A stretch of 64,000 bases of DNA, taken from the NCBI GenBank assembly GCA_000091205.1, contig AP006485.2, one strand, 5' to 3'. The notes under the pieces were generated by a model. It was not told the origin of the DNA and ran no database searches. It was given only the letters and a program-made list of their open reading frames with translations. Of the stretch, positions 1 to 11,783 are shown one piece after another. A program made the position numbers and the translations under genes. This DNA comes from Cyanidioschyzon merolae (taxonomy: Eukaryota). Each line of letters starts with the position of its first letter. Positions within the stretch are counted from its first letter, which is position 1.

Positions 1-1090
1 AGCGAGCTCCCAACTCGAACGAAGTGCACACGCTGCCACCTGTGCGGAGCAAGAGGTTCGGCGCGCGCTTCAGAGTACTTGTTGGGGGAAAACGTTCGCA
101 TCGCCATTTGGTCTCGCTGCCGGTTTCGATAAGGATGGTGTTGCAGTCGACGCGCTGTTTGATTTGGGGTTTGGCTTCGTAGAGGTGGGCAGCGTCACGC
201 CGCGACCCCAGAGCGGAAACCCCAGACCACGCCTGTTTCGGCTCGAGCCTGACGAAGCGATCATCAATCGAATGGGATTCAACTCAGCAGGATGCGAGGC
301 TGTGCGAGCGCACCTCAAGCGGCTCAGGGATCGCTCGCACGAGGCTGGACAAGTTGCCACGGCCCGGAATTCTGTTGCGAATACAACGCCAACGCAAACA
401 ATGCCGGGTAAGAAGCATCTGGGCATCAATATTGGGAAGAATCGCGAAACGAGCGAGGATGACGCCCTCTCCGACTATATTCAGGTGCTCCGAACTCTTG
501 GAGCTTTTGCGGACTACCTGGTAGTGAACGTCAGCTCACCGAACACGCCTGGTTTACGACTGCTGCAGCGAAAAGAGCGGCTGCGAGACCTCATCCGGCA
601 GCTGAAGCGCGAACGAGACGATCGTGGCCCGCAGTGGCAGCGGCTGCCGCTCTTGGTCAAGGTTGCTCCAGATCTCAGCGATGAGGAAATCCGAGATATT
701 GCGGAGATCGTGGTGAGCGAAGGTGTAGATGGTATTGTGGTCACCAATACAACGGTGCAACGACCAGTAACACTCCAGTCTCCCGTGAATCTCGTGCAGC
801 AGGAGGGCGGCCTGAGCGGCACTCCACTGCGGGACCTAAGCACATACGTCCTTGGTCGTTTCTATCGATACACGCTCGGCAAGGTGCCTCTGATCGGTGT
901 GGGCGGCATCTTCTCCGGCGCTGACGCGTACGCCAAAATCCGGGCTGGAGCATCACTCGTTCAGCTCTATACGGCGTTGATGTACGAGGGACCCTGCCTT
1001 GTTCCACGTCTTGAGCGGGAACTCGTGCAGTGTCTCCAGCGCGACGGTTACCGGAATATCGTCGAGGCGATCGGTGCAGATCATCGATAG
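1..1090 (+). CDS. DHODH: Dihydroorotate dehydrogenase (quinone), class 2, mitochondrial-type. The 5' end is truncated by the window edge.
   Basis: Reading frame is open from nt 2. The translation contains GLAAGFDKDG, GFGFVEVGSVTPRPQSGNPRPRLFRL, NRMGFNS, LVVNVSSPNTPGL, GGLSG-PLRDLST, IGVGGI-SGADAYAKIRAGASLVQLYTAL and a terminal GADHR. It is near-colinear with human DHODH. Stop codon TAG at 1088-1090. Confidence 0.95.
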   Translation, partial: ASSQLERSAHAATCAEQEVRRALQSTCWGKTFASPFGLAAGFDKDGVAVDALFDLGFGFVEVGSVTPRPQSGNPRPRLFRLEPDEAIINRMGFNSAGCEAVRAHLKRLRDRSHEAGQVATARNSVANTTPTQTMPGKKHLGINIGKNRETSEDDALSDYIQVLRTLGAFADYLVVNVSSPNTPGLRLLQRKERLRDLIRQLKRERDDRGPQWQRLPLLVKVAPDLSDEEIRDIAEIVVSEGVDGIVVTNTTVQRPVTLQSPVNLVQQEGGLSGTPLRDLSTYVLGRFYRYTLGKVPLIGVGGIFSGADAYAKIRAGASLVQLYTALMYEGPCLVPRLERELVQCLQRDGYRNIVEAIGADHR

Positions 1091-1184
1091 GACGCATTCG
1101 ACGATGAGGGTCACGAGACTGCAGCGTTTTATGTCATGCACTGAGCACTTTATATAGTTCAGGGATACATCAGATCCGATACTC

Positions 1185-1185
<1 letters not shown>

Positions 1186-1220
<35 letters not shown>
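1186..1220. repeat. (GCT/CTG)n trinucleotide microsatellite, ~11 units, in the 3' flank of DHODH.
   Basis: Perfect GCTGCT... run visible in the sequence. Confidence 0.9.
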
Positions 1221-1222
<2 letters not shown>

Positions 1223-3742
1223 TCGCGACACACGATAAAGCGCGTTGTGGATACGTTGTTGACCTCGGGTGTGTTCGAATCGTTAGGATCTCACACATGC
1301 GCAGGGCGTGATCTAAAGTCCATCGATTTCATTAGCGAATACATATTCATTTGAAAAATCCGATCCAAGTCGACGCATGTTCATCAAACGCGAGGTACCA
1401 GCATCCCTGCACGGTGACTACATTCCATCCATATTAGAATGACATGGAGCTAGTCCACTGATCCAATTCGAGCGAACGAGCCAGAGTTTGGGTCTCTCCC
1501 AACTGTGAAGAATACCAGCCAGCCATGACTGGCTTGTAATGAGACTGCTTCCTTTTCCTGTCTCTGATCTCCGGATTTTGAATACGGAGGTCCCTTTTTA
1601 CCCCTATATCCGTCGTCAGCTGTCGAGGATTGCTGCGTGCAGCGCTCAAGTTCCGACTTTGCTGCTTCCGACTCTTCGCAATCTATTTCATGCGTTGACG
1701 ACAGTTTGGATCCACGCTTCGTTTGCCATGTTCATCCTCTTTGCGTACAGCTTCAATGCGCCAGTCCGTGCATCGAAAATCGGCTGCGATCAGGTATGCC
1801 CATAAGTCCATGAGACCACCTTCGAATGCCGCTCTGTGGTGCATGAGCGCTTTCTTCATCGCTCGGGCGATACCCTCGACGGGCACAGAAGCTTATGCTC
1901 GATTCCTGGGTATGTTTTTGCAACTGGTGCCGGTCCGTAAGATCATCGGTTACAGCTGGGCGATCCCGAAGCCGAGTACGCTGTCTGCGACACACGCAAG
2001 TGCACGCTGTTGCATTTGGTAGAGGACTCGTTGAAAGTGATATTTTCCGTGACGAAACAAGTACAAGAAGCAAAATCCAACCTGGAGAACACGTCGAAAA
2101 ACTTCCACACGACAACGCTCTCTTTATGCGACCCGATGACGCACGCTTCGATGGATGTGATCGCTGTGCTTTCCAAGCGGAGCGCAGCGAATCCTCCTGG
2201 TCCCCGTGACGTAACAAATTCCATCGACAAAGCGTCGAAGGAGCCATTCCGAGAACGCGACCGAGAATCCTAAAAGCACATATGAATCTGAAACCTGATA
2301 TGAACGTTTTCAGAATATGGCGGCTGAACATGCAAAACAAGTATCGATAAAAAAACCGATACCCTGGAACAGACCGACCAGTGCATATTTCCATTTGAAT
2401 CGTACAAGGGTGCAGGCTCGACAACGTCAAAGCGGGATCGATCAGAACACTGGAGCGTCGGGAACTACAGTTGAGAGCGCGATGATGCTGGTCGATAGCC
2501 GCTGGGACCTCGAGGTGTCTGCACAGGCGTAGAGGTCTCTTCCGTAGCCGCTGGAAGCACGCGCGTTTCACTGGGCAGTGCGGATGCATCCGCCCTACCG
2601 AGTGCAGAAAAAAGCCATAGGCAACAAGCACGTCTCTTTCCAAAGCAGCGACGCAGTTGCATATTCCGCTAGGCAGGGTGCCTGTTCCGTTCCAGCGAAT
2701 CAGTGGCTGTAGAGCAGCTGCATGGACTCTGGGCTCATAGGCAGCGGTCGTTCGATACCACCAATGCTCGATTGTCGTGCCGCTCGCCTCCGGTGCGTAG
2801 CGGGACAACAACGACAACGACGACCATAGCAACTGCAATGACGGTATGGTATAGAATAAACCGTCTGCTCTCGCTGGAGCAGGGCATCGTCGACATCGCG
2901 AAGCTCGCCTGACAGAGGAGTGCCCCCGAAGCGGAACGCGTCTGCGTCATGCATTCCTCGTGCAGAGGCTACCACCCTGGAGGCAGTTTCCGCATATCGC
3001 GGGCTCTAGCAGCGAGCCCGCCTTCGAAGCAAGTTCGATACGAACGCATATCGTCCGAGTCGAAGGGCCCAATTTAGTTGAAGACTTCTGCTTGCGGTTC
3101 GCGAGAGGAAAGCGAATACACCATGTGACGATGCATGCGTCGCTGATACGATGGATTCCACGCTGCCGTCTCGAAGCGTTGCGTCAAAAACGCTTGAGAA
3201 GCCTCTAGACACAATCACACATGAAGCCGCTGACTGGTACGTTTTCATCGGCCGTTCGCGCTGCTCCACAGACAATCCGGCATGTCCTCAACGGTCTCGT
3301 TTGCGAGCTGTGGTACAGCCTCGCCTGCAACCAGCGCACGCTTAGGACGGTACCCTGATGCCTTTTTCTCGAATACCATGATGCTGGATACGGTATCAAG
3401 CTGCAGACCGGTATCTGGTGGAGTCGCCTTCAAGTCCGAGGCCGACGCGACGAAGTGTCCCTCTGGGGGTATCCCGTGCAACGCTGGCATCGCCACAAGC
3501 GACCTGAACGAGCTTCGCTGACGCAGGGAACTTTCGTCGCTTGTAAACCGGGAATCGATGCAGTCTCGTGGCGTGCGTCGCCTTTGGTCTTTCGTTTACG
3601 AGAGATGAGCACGCGCTAACGCATTGTGCGCGCGTTATCTTCAGCATGACACTCGACAGCGAGATCGTCTTGCGTATGCATATGCTCCGCGTTTCTCGAT
3701 ACAAGCTGGGCGCAGTAGACGAGCCCCCGCCGAATGGCCTCA

Positions 3743-4834
3743 TCAGTTCACGGCATTGGTGCGGGTGCAGTTCGTTCTACGTGTTTGCAACCTCGCTGGC
3801 CGCTGCATGAGTTGTACTCGGTTGAACATTTTCACGTCTTCCGGATCCGCGAATAGTTTCTCCGCAACTCGGCGATATTGTGAGCCGAATGGCGTGAAAT
3901 AAAAAAGAGCCTGCGATGGTTTCACCTCGTGGTACAAAGGCGCGGATCCATCTGCGCTCAGGGTAGAGTGCTCGAGTAGTCGCAGCATGTCGTTGGCACC
4001 TCGTGGACGTCCGTCGGCGTCACTGAGCTCCAGGACGTAGCAGGCGAGCGCGCCTTGCATCTCTGCATAACGCGGCTGATAGATGGGCAGTGTCACCGAT
4101 ACCATGCGCGTTTTCTCGTCGAACTGGTAGTCTCCTACAGCTGGTACGACCTGGTCGGTACCAGCTCCGGCTCCGGCGTTGTTTTCGTGGTGCCAGCTCT
4201 GGTGCGACGCCTCCCAGCGCGTCGACTGCAGCCGGGCCCGGCTTACAAGCGGGTCCTCGGGGGTCGTCATGCCCACAACTTTTCCACCAGGAAAGAAACG
4301 CAGGTACCGGTAGAACGATATGAAGAATACTCTCCGCGAGCCAGTGCCGTCATCACCGCCAATTCGGAGGTACTGCTGTTTCTGAATATATAGGCCGTGG
4401 AACTGCAGGTGCGCTCGACTGCGGAGCATACGACGCCAGCCACCGTAACCGCAGGCAGCTGCTGTGAGTCTCGTCAGAGACTCTCTGTCACCCCAGGCTT
4501 CAAGACAGTGCCTTCGCCACAGCGCAGGATCAAAAGCGATCGATAAGAACGTACGGCAGACGCGACTCACTGAAGCTAAGTCAGCGGGACTGAGAAGTTC
4601 GAAGACGCTGCGCAAGACGTCCCCAGGAAGTTGTTCCACTGGGGACAGGTTTGTCTTCGCTGGACCCGGTTGTTCGACACGAGCAGTGCTGAGTTTGTTA
4701 TCAGCAGCGTCAGTCGTGCTTTCGCAGTCTTCGCAGTGACGCTCACGGGGAACACGCTGGTGGTACAGTGCGAACCACGGTCGCACCAGTGTTTCACTTA
4801 ATAACCGACCAGCCTCACCCGTATACGACACCAT
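3743..4834 (-). CDS. F-box protein, FBXO9/Hrt3-like.
   Basis: F-box motif LPGDVLRSVFELLSPADLASVSRVCRTFLSIAFDPALWRRHC. It is followed by an FBXO9-like 'YIQKQQYLRIGG ... FISFYRYLRFFPGGKVVG' region. Uninterrupted 363-aa ORF. Confidence 0.65.
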   Translation of the reverse strand: MVSYTGEAGRLLSETLVRPWFALYHQRVPRERHCEDCESTTDAADNKLSTARVEQPGPAKTNLSPVEQLPGDVLRSVFELLSPADLASVSRVCRTFLSIAFDPALWRRHCLEAWGDRESLTRLTAAACGYGGWRRMLRSRAHLQFHGLYIQKQQYLRIGGDDGTGSRRVFFISFYRYLRFFPGGKVVGMTTPEDPLVSRARLQSTRWEASHQSWHHENNAGAGAGTDQVVPAVGDYQFDEKTRMVSVTLPIYQPRYAEMQGALACYVLELSDADGRPRGANDMLRLLEHSTLSADGSAPLYHEVKPSQALFYFTPFGSQYRRVAEKLFADPEDVKMFNRVQLMQRPARLQTRRTNCTRTNAVN

Positions 4835-4960
4835 CGCACCTCTACGAACACAACATTTCGTCTGAGTCGTTTCACGTCAGAATCTGGTCTCTTTCGTAGC
4901 CGTTGTGTGCAGCTGCGTTCACCGAGTCGAGTACCGTTGCCCAGTCAACGAACGATATCG

Positions 4961-4982
4961 GCTGCTGCTGCTGCTGCTGCTG
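4961..4982. repeat. (GCT)n microsatellite.
   Basis: gctgctgctgctgctgctgctg run. Confidence 0.85.
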
Positions 4983-6516
4983 ATGTTGCGCCCTCTGGCG
5001 TTGTGCAGAACGTGCGAGTCAACTTCCTTCTGCTGGACTCGCTCAGGCGATCCATGGACTTGGGGTGTTCTCTATTGAGAGGAAATCACCTGAACAACGT
5101 GTTCTTCTCCAGATGATGGAAAAGCTGCGGTTTTCCTGTGCATGAAGCCCCGAACATGCCATTGATAAGTTTTTAGGAATGCATCGCGCGATATGTTATG
5201 CTGGAGGATTCATTAAGCGAATCAGAATTCCCCGATGTACGATAGCTGTCGGCATCAAGGGGTGAAAGTCTCGCTGTTTGCGGGAGGTATCTAGAGTCCT
5301 GCAACAGTTTTAGACTCATTTGGAGGTCCAGGGTCGGCGTTTGTTCTATCCAGCAACACTGGTACGCCGGGTGCCCGCACTTCTTGTACCGGATGGACCA
5401 ACCCGATCCTCTACAGAAGCAAAACGTCTTGACAGTCGTTATCAAAGCCCCGAATGCATACCGAATGACGGGATGGATTTCTCTGCAGCATGGACGCTTG
5501 GCATCGATCGACCGCAGGTTGCAACGCTTCCAGCGGGAAAGCGTCTGCACGAGATATCGGCTCCTGGGCGACGTAGGCATTGTGGACGACATGGAATCCA
5601 CGACGCTGACCATGCGGACAGAGAGCGCACATAACAGACGCAGTTCAGGCTCAAGCACGCTTCCGGTTTTTTACACGGCAACCGTGGAATGCATCGCACT
5701 AGTGTCATTGTCTCACGCGAAATGCGAGTCCATGTCATGGTAGGCAGTCGTCGCCAGTTCTCTGCCGCACACTGCATACCTAGCGGGCAGCGTTCGATGC
5801 CTGGTAGATGCAGGAGGCACATCCGTACGAAGAAAATCGCTCCCAATGAACGTTCCATCATGCAACGCGTCTGTACCTGTGAAGTGTCCATGCCTCGAGC
5901 CCTGGAGACGTGCACGCAATGAGCCTGCGGAGCGAGGAATGCTCATCCCCGTGGTATCGTGCCGCGTTTCACAGGGTGGAAGGCCCAGACACGTGATCGC
6001 ATGCCCATGCGCATCTAACATGACAACACGTCCAGGGGTTCAACATCTGCGGCACGGCTGGCTCGGCGGGCACCACAGGTCGCCACCGGCTCTGGGTGTC
6101 CATCGAGCCGCGCGGCGGTCGGTAATGGGACTCGGGCTGCATCTCGCGTGCCGTTGGATAGAGCTGTCCATTTAGATTCCTTATTATACCATTTATGACT
6201 ATGATGTCCGGTTCGTGTGTAAACAAGGGATGCAAACCTGATCATCGGATCGGCGCTGCTATCCTAGAAATCGTTTACCTCGAGTCTTCGCAAAACAGAG
6301 TGTGCGTACTGTATTTGTTCGGTGACGAGGTCGACTTGACGTATACGAATCCGTGGACCGCGAGTTAACCATAATAAGTGCATCCAGATTGCGAGCTATT
6401 CGCAGCTAGTTTATAGACGCACCTGAACCGTAACGTCCGCAGTCACTGCTTGGCCGTGCGAGCTGGCGACGAACGTCTACAACGAGGAACTGCGCACGAA
6501 CGCCAGCACCGCGCGT

Positions 6517-8322
6517 GTGCCAGGAACAGCAGGGCACACTTCTCTAGAGGACGTTGGGAGCGAACCCCCGTTTATCTTGGAAGATGGTCAGAAAATGAAA
6601 GCGCACGACTCATTGTGGCCTCTGAGCGAGCAAGGCCCATCGAGTTGTCGTCAACCAGGAGAGCGTGTTCGCCGGCAGCTACCCCAAAGCATGACTTTAG
6701 GCAGAGCCACGGGTATGAAGCGCAAACCCAATGACTCTGGAACGCAAAAGATAGCACCAGGTGCAGCACAAGATTCCAATGAACTGGACACGTTGGAAGC
6801 GGCCTCGCCGTTCACCAGGGCGGGACAGCCCCTGAAACCGACTGTCACTGCGGAGACCGTCGCCTCCGGTGCCACCTGCTCGCAACAGGCAAGTCCTGAC
6901 CCTGAATATTACGGAGAATCGTCACGAGACCGATGGTCGCAAGCGCTGGATGATGCCGTGCGATGGACCAGCAGCGATGCAGCTTGGGGCTCAGAGGCGA
7001 CGCCTGCGCTTCCAGGAGCCAGCTGCGTATCGGATCAATCCGCGCAGACAAAGGAACCGCTACTGCCGTCCGAACGACATCCGTTGTCCTCGCGAGACGT
7101 TTCACCGTCGTCGCTTCTGGAGACCACGGGTAGCGTGTCCGGTGCCGCGCCTCAGCACGATATGGAGCCAGTCACCGTGTACGCTCTCGCAGGTCAGCGA
7201 CTCGATGCAGGTATGGCGGCAGGCACGTCTCTGAGCCACAGCACGGACAGCTCAGCGGGAACAAGCAGCCAATCGTCCGGTAATGCGGCAACAGTGGTGA
7301 CTGGCGTGAAGCTCCAACTCACTTCAAATCAAGCATCCTGGCGAGAATCTGCCGCGGAATCGGCAGAGCTCATCGTATATCCGAGTCAAAATGACGATAC
7401 TCGGCAGCATGCCTCTAGTCGCGGACGCACACTCCAAGAAGAGTCAATGGAGAACAGGGATTCCTGGCCAATTCTCCAGCTGCTCTCGGAGGCTGGCTTT
7501 GGCGCTCGTCTGGATTCGAATACGGAAAACCCGGCAGGGCTGCGCGCTTTTCGGCAGTCACCATTCAACTTCTACGATAGCCCGCTTCGGCAGCACGTTT
7601 TTGTCGAGTGGAACACTGGTCATACTGGATTTACTCCTGAACCTTGCAACGCTTGGCAGCCAATGGTTTCAGATGCAGAAGCGTTTCGAGATTCATCACC
7701 AGCGTCTCGAGTGTTCTCCCCGGGTCTCACGGTCTGGGCCACAGACGGATCTCCAGCCAGTGGTGCAGAGCTCTCCGGACGTGACGTTTTCGAGGCCCCA
7801 GCAGAATCACCGCAACCTCTCACGCGTGCCTACTCTTCGACTGACGCCGAGCCTTCTGTGAAGTCTGCTGAGGCGCTTCGGGGCCCTGATGTCAAGAATG
7901 GCGGCGCTGGCGAATCCATCGGCGAAAGAGAGCTTCGGATTGCTGCGGAAAGAGCGCAGATACCGGTTTCACTCCGCGAGCGCACTTCGGAGAAGGCTCT
8001 GCAAGCAGCCGCAGATGCCACGTCCGATATGGAAGCGCTCGTAGCGGACTTGCGGCAGCGATTGCAGGAACTGCATCCGAGTGACCATTGGACAATATGG
8101 AGTTGTATGCAGGCGCTTGCCGCTGGAGAGTGCAGCGCTTCGACTTGCGCGCCGTGCTCAGCTGCTTCCTCGAAGCGACGAGACGACGCGGACACAAGCA
8201 CGACAGTCCGCAATGCAGCTGAAACGCTAGCCATTCAGTTGCTTTCACGTCGCGATACCGTAGGGCATCGAGACGCGAGCACGCCTCCGGTGTTTGATCC
8301 GCAGGGCTCGACGCTTTTTTAA
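6517..8322 (+). CDS. Hypothetical Ser/Ala/Thr-rich acidic low-complexity protein. Coding status uncertain.
   Basis: Longest ORF (601 aa) in a 4-kb interval that otherwise lacks recognisable genes. No conserved domain recognised. Long antisense ORFs overlap it, as expected in GC-rich DNA. Confidence 0.25.
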   Translation: MPGTAGHTSLEDVGSEPPFILEDGQKMKAHDSLWPLSEQGPSSCRQPGERVRRQLPQSMTLGRATGMKRKPNDSGTQKIAPGAAQDSNELDTLEAASPFTRAGQPLKPTVTAETVASGATCSQQASPDPEYYGESSRDRWSQALDDAVRWTSSDAAWGSEATPALPGASCVSDQSAQTKEPLLPSERHPLSSRDVSPSSLLETTGSVSGAAPQHDMEPVTVYALAGQRLDAGMAAGTSLSHSTDSSAGTSSQSSGNAATVVTGVKLQLTSNQASWRESAAESAELIVYPSQNDDTRQHASSRGRTLQEESMENRDSWPILQLLSEAGFGARLDSNTENPAGLRAFRQSPFNFYDSPLRQHVFVEWNTGHTGFTPEPCNAWQPMVSDAEAFRDSSPASRVFSPGLTVWATDGSPASGAELSGRDVFEAPAESPQPLTRAYSSTDAEPSVKSAEALRGPDVKNGGAGESIGERELRIAAERAQIPVSLRERTSEKALQAAADATSDMEALVADLRQRLQELHPSDHWTIWSCMQALAAGECSASTCAPCSAASSKRRDDADTSTTVRNAAETLAIQLLSRRDTVGHRDASTPPVFDPQGSTLF

Positions 8323-8888
8323 GTCTCTGTTCGAAAGACGTTTCCACTTGCGGTACGTTCTTCTCGGCATTTGAGGAGGTACCGATGCACGGTACAACGT
8401 TGACGCTTTCTAAAGTTTCCATTTGAAAATATTTGGACATTTGATGCATCTTTCGCGCTATTCGAAGCGGTGTGAATGCGGCGAGCGCATGAACACGCCT
8501 GCTCAGATCCACGCACTGGTACTGGTACACTGGTACACTTTCCTGCGCCGATGTGAGCGCATGTTGCAGCTGTAGACAGCCGTCGCTTTCTACGCAACCA
8601 TTCTGGGCATGGGAGGTATGGCGTGGACAGCTGCGTGCAACCGTTGTCGTTGCGTGAATGTACAGGCAGCGTCGCACGGGCGTCATTACCACGGCATGAG
8701 GTTCTCCGAGCGTCCATTTGGAGGCAGCGTTGCCGTGAGATGCTCGCAACGCTATTTCGGAGCTTATCAGTCTAACGATGGTTAGCATCCACGATAGGCG
8801 CGATAGCTCAAGAAGGTCGCTCGATAGAGTATGAGGATCATGCATGGGGTAATCTCTGGCGGGTGCTCGTTGGACCTACTGCCATGTC

Positions 8889-10253
8889 GGATTCAAAGCG
8901 AACGCTGAACAGCTCGTTCCGCTCCTGCTTTGTGATTCTTTTCTGAACGTTTTTATTTGACGCCAACGCTAGCCATTCGAAAAGCATAAACAGGTGTTCG
9001 TGGACTCGTGTATAGTTTTGGGATTCCTGTGAGCGTGCCTCCATCGACGCTTTGCAGATGGGATGCGTTCTCCTCATCGGCATCAGGATGACGCTCGATT
9101 CTGTCCAATATGCTTACCTACATGCATCCCCGCTACTCCTTTCCGTAAACGTACAAGAATCAACAAGTTCGCTCTTCGAGGTCTCCAGCTTACCGTGTTC
9201 ACGGCAACGCGTAGGTACGGCAACTCACGTCGCTGGAGACGCTGGAAAGAGAGCACAACGTCGTCCCTGACCGACTTGCTCGCTAGCTTGTAGTGAGCGC
9301 CCACTGCGCTCGTCACCTCAAAGGTAACCCATGTCGTCCGAAAGCCGTACCCTACGCTCTTCGTTGCCACCGACGAAGAGACACTCGACGAGACCGGCCT
9401 GCTGCCTCTCACGGCATACGCGCACAGGCGCCCCGGGTATCCTCTGTTTGCACTGATAACGGTCTGCGACTCAGACTCGAGTCATCGCAGCAGTCGCTTC
9501 GCGTAGCGCGTACGTCACCGCGTCGGACAGCGTTGCGCGTTGACGGACCAGGATCAACCCCGGAGTGCTTCCCCAGCCTGGAGGCTCTCTCGCTCTCTCC
9601 GGTCCCTGCTTCACCACGATCGGTATCGCGTTCCGGAACTCGTCTATAGAATGGAACAGCGAGCGCTTGTGTATGCAGCAGATAGCCTATTCACCGACAC
9701 GATCGCTCAGAAGGAGCTCGTGATCCCACGGTACTGCACCGAGTGCGGACACCAGGCATGGCAACCCGGAGAGCCCGCTGTACCTTCAAGCGGCGTCTAC
9801 GGACTGACGGAGCAAGCGATCATACGTCACTGCAGACAAGTACGCGGTAACGCATGCGCTGTGGCAGACGTACGTGTATGCGTATCGAACGAGAAGCGAT
9901 TGTGAGTGTATCGACGGGCGACCCGCGGTTGTATCCAAGGACGATCATGGAAATGGGAAGCGCAGTCTAGATGCCAAGCTCCGCCTGTGCATAAAATGCG
10001 TCGATGAGCGTCGGAAATCGCGGAATCGGGACTTGAGCACGACCATCAGAGTGTTGCAACGATCGACACTGGAAGAAGAGGGACCCTGCGGATGTATGTG
10101 GTGACAGTCGGATATCTGATCGAGGAAAAGGAACCCGTCGCATACAAGACCCGCAAATGCTCGTCTTTACGCCAACTGAAACACAAATCCAATATTCATC
10201 CTGAATCTCCGAGTCCTGCAAGTTGACCATTCCACTTTATACGCTGACACGAA
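8889..10253 (+). mobile_element. Copy 1 of a ~1.37-kb dispersed or direct repeat, ~99% identical to 16624..17988. It carries a frameshifted TnpB/Fanzor-like C-terminal remnant (… LVIPRY-CTECGH …) on the + strand. Putative decayed IS605/TnpB-only (Fanzor-like) element.
   Basis: The whole six-frame ORF series (8838-10230) is duplicated with an offset of exactly 7735 bp and only ~10 substitutions. ORF 9540..9905 encodes ALVYAADSLFTDTIAQKELVIPRYCTECGH, which fits the TnpB consensus 'YKAe..G..v.V.PrYTSQ.C..CGh'. The element is a series of + strand ORFs in shifting frames (9052-10104), as expected for a pseudogenised nuclease gene. The size is typical of tnpB-only IS elements. Confidence 0.45.
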
Positions 10254-10382
10254 CGCTAAACGCTCAAGTTCGCTGGAGCGCTACCCTGAGGGCAGCTCGC
10301 GCGCCGCCGATGGCACGAATCCCTCTGAACATGCCGTGGACCTGCTGGATACCGGTATCGTGAACGCTGACATTGTGAACCC

Positions 10383-10841
10383 ATGTTTCGCCTGGGGTTT
10401 TCCATCCAGCGTCATGCTCCAAAGTGCCCGTTTTTGCATATAGAACTGCCAACGCGACAAAGGCGCACAGCGGTGTGCCCAGCGGCGAAAACCGCGGTCA
10501 CTGCCTCTCGTCGCCCGAGGCTTGCTATGGTGATCCCCGGTGACTCGCAAGCAGAGTTTGTTTTTCTCAGCGGAACCGTAACGTTCTTGAACGTCTACCA
10601 AAACCTCTTATTTGCTCGCATTATTTTGAGCTGGTTTCCGGCTGCGAGCCAGTTGAGTCTATTACAGCCGCTGTACGTGGTATGTGACCCGTTCTTGCGC
10701 TTTTTTCAGGGCATCTTACCACCAGTGGCGGGTATCGACTTTTCGCCGATCTTAGGGTTTACACTTTTACAGCTAGGTGCGAGGCTAACGGCGGCGCTCG
10801 GTCAGGAGTGCCCCAGCCGCGACGTTGCCAAGGCACCCTAA
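10383..10841 (+). CDS. YGGT family protein (Ycf19/YlmG-like), probably plastid-targeted.
   Basis: C-terminal YGGT signature ILSWFP ... PLYVVCDPFLRFFQGILPPVAGIDFSPILGFTLLQL. The N-terminal ~60 aa is basic and hydroxylated, consistent with a transit peptide. Confidence 0.65.
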   Translation: MFRLGFSIQRHAPKCPFLHIELPTRQRRTAVCPAAKTAVTASRRPRLAMVIPGDSQAEFVFLSGTVTFLNVYQNLLFARIILSWFPAASQLSLLQPLYVVCDPFLRFFQGILPPVAGIDFSPILGFTLLQLGARLTAALGQECPSRDVAKAP

Positions 10842-11783
10842 GCGCCTAGTGTGTTTGTGGTGTGACGTTATTCGCGCGCCAGTCTCGCCCAGCGGTTGTC
10901 GGTTCGTGCCTAGCAGCGCATCGTATCCAAAGTTGATCGTTCCCTGCTACGAATACGACGGGAGACACTGTTGCGTGTTTTCGCTGGAACGACGGATATC
11001 GGCTGGCTTGGAACGTTGGCGTCGTCGGGGAATCCACCTAGGCTAGCGTGTTATCGAAGAATCGGAACTGAGTACGATGAGTCTTGGCTAATATAGCGAT
11101 CGTGGTAATGCGCTACGGCTTTGGTGAGCAGGTTCCTCGGGAGCGTCGTGCTTGACGTCAGACGTAGCTGCTTGACAGGGAGAGAGCGAACGCGAGTTCG
11201 TGGGAATGTTATCCGATCTGCATTGGAGGCAGCTTTATCGCCCCTGAGCCTCGTCTCTGCAACACTTGTGACGTCGCTGATCCTTGCGGTTGTCTTTGAT
11301 GAATGAATTGCAGCTGGTTATGGTATGAGGCAGTGCTCCGTCGTGCATGCAGTGTGCCTTTCGATGGTCCGAATCGTTCGGTGTCGAGCGCACTTCTCAG
11401 GGTCACGGCGTTGCGCGTGGCCTAATGTCTGCGCTAGCGACGGTAGCGCGGTGATGAAGATGTCGCATCCTGGACCCGCATGACAGCTGCAAATCAAACG
11501 AAGACTCTACGGGAACACAGACTTATATCGTTTCGTAGCCAGCCAAGAAAAAATGTTTGCGGAGAAGGTGCGCTCTAGAGCGACCCTTTGCGTGGAAGCG
11601 ATAGTTGATGTGTTCCGGGCATTTGTCAGGCACCCTGCTACTTGCTTCCTCGCTGATACCACAGCGTATAAAATCCATCATATTCGGGCGGGAATCGCTC
11701 TCGGCTGGAGTCAGGGCACCGAAAGCTGTCCCAGCAACCGCGTACCTACAGATAGCTGGATATGCCGGCACCAGCGACACGAC

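Noticed and set aside
1240-1300. Possible tRNA gene (ggtgtgttcgaatcg resembles a T-arm GGTTCGAATCC).
   Set aside because: No matching acceptor, D or anticodon stems can be drawn from the flanking sequence. It is most likely a chance match.
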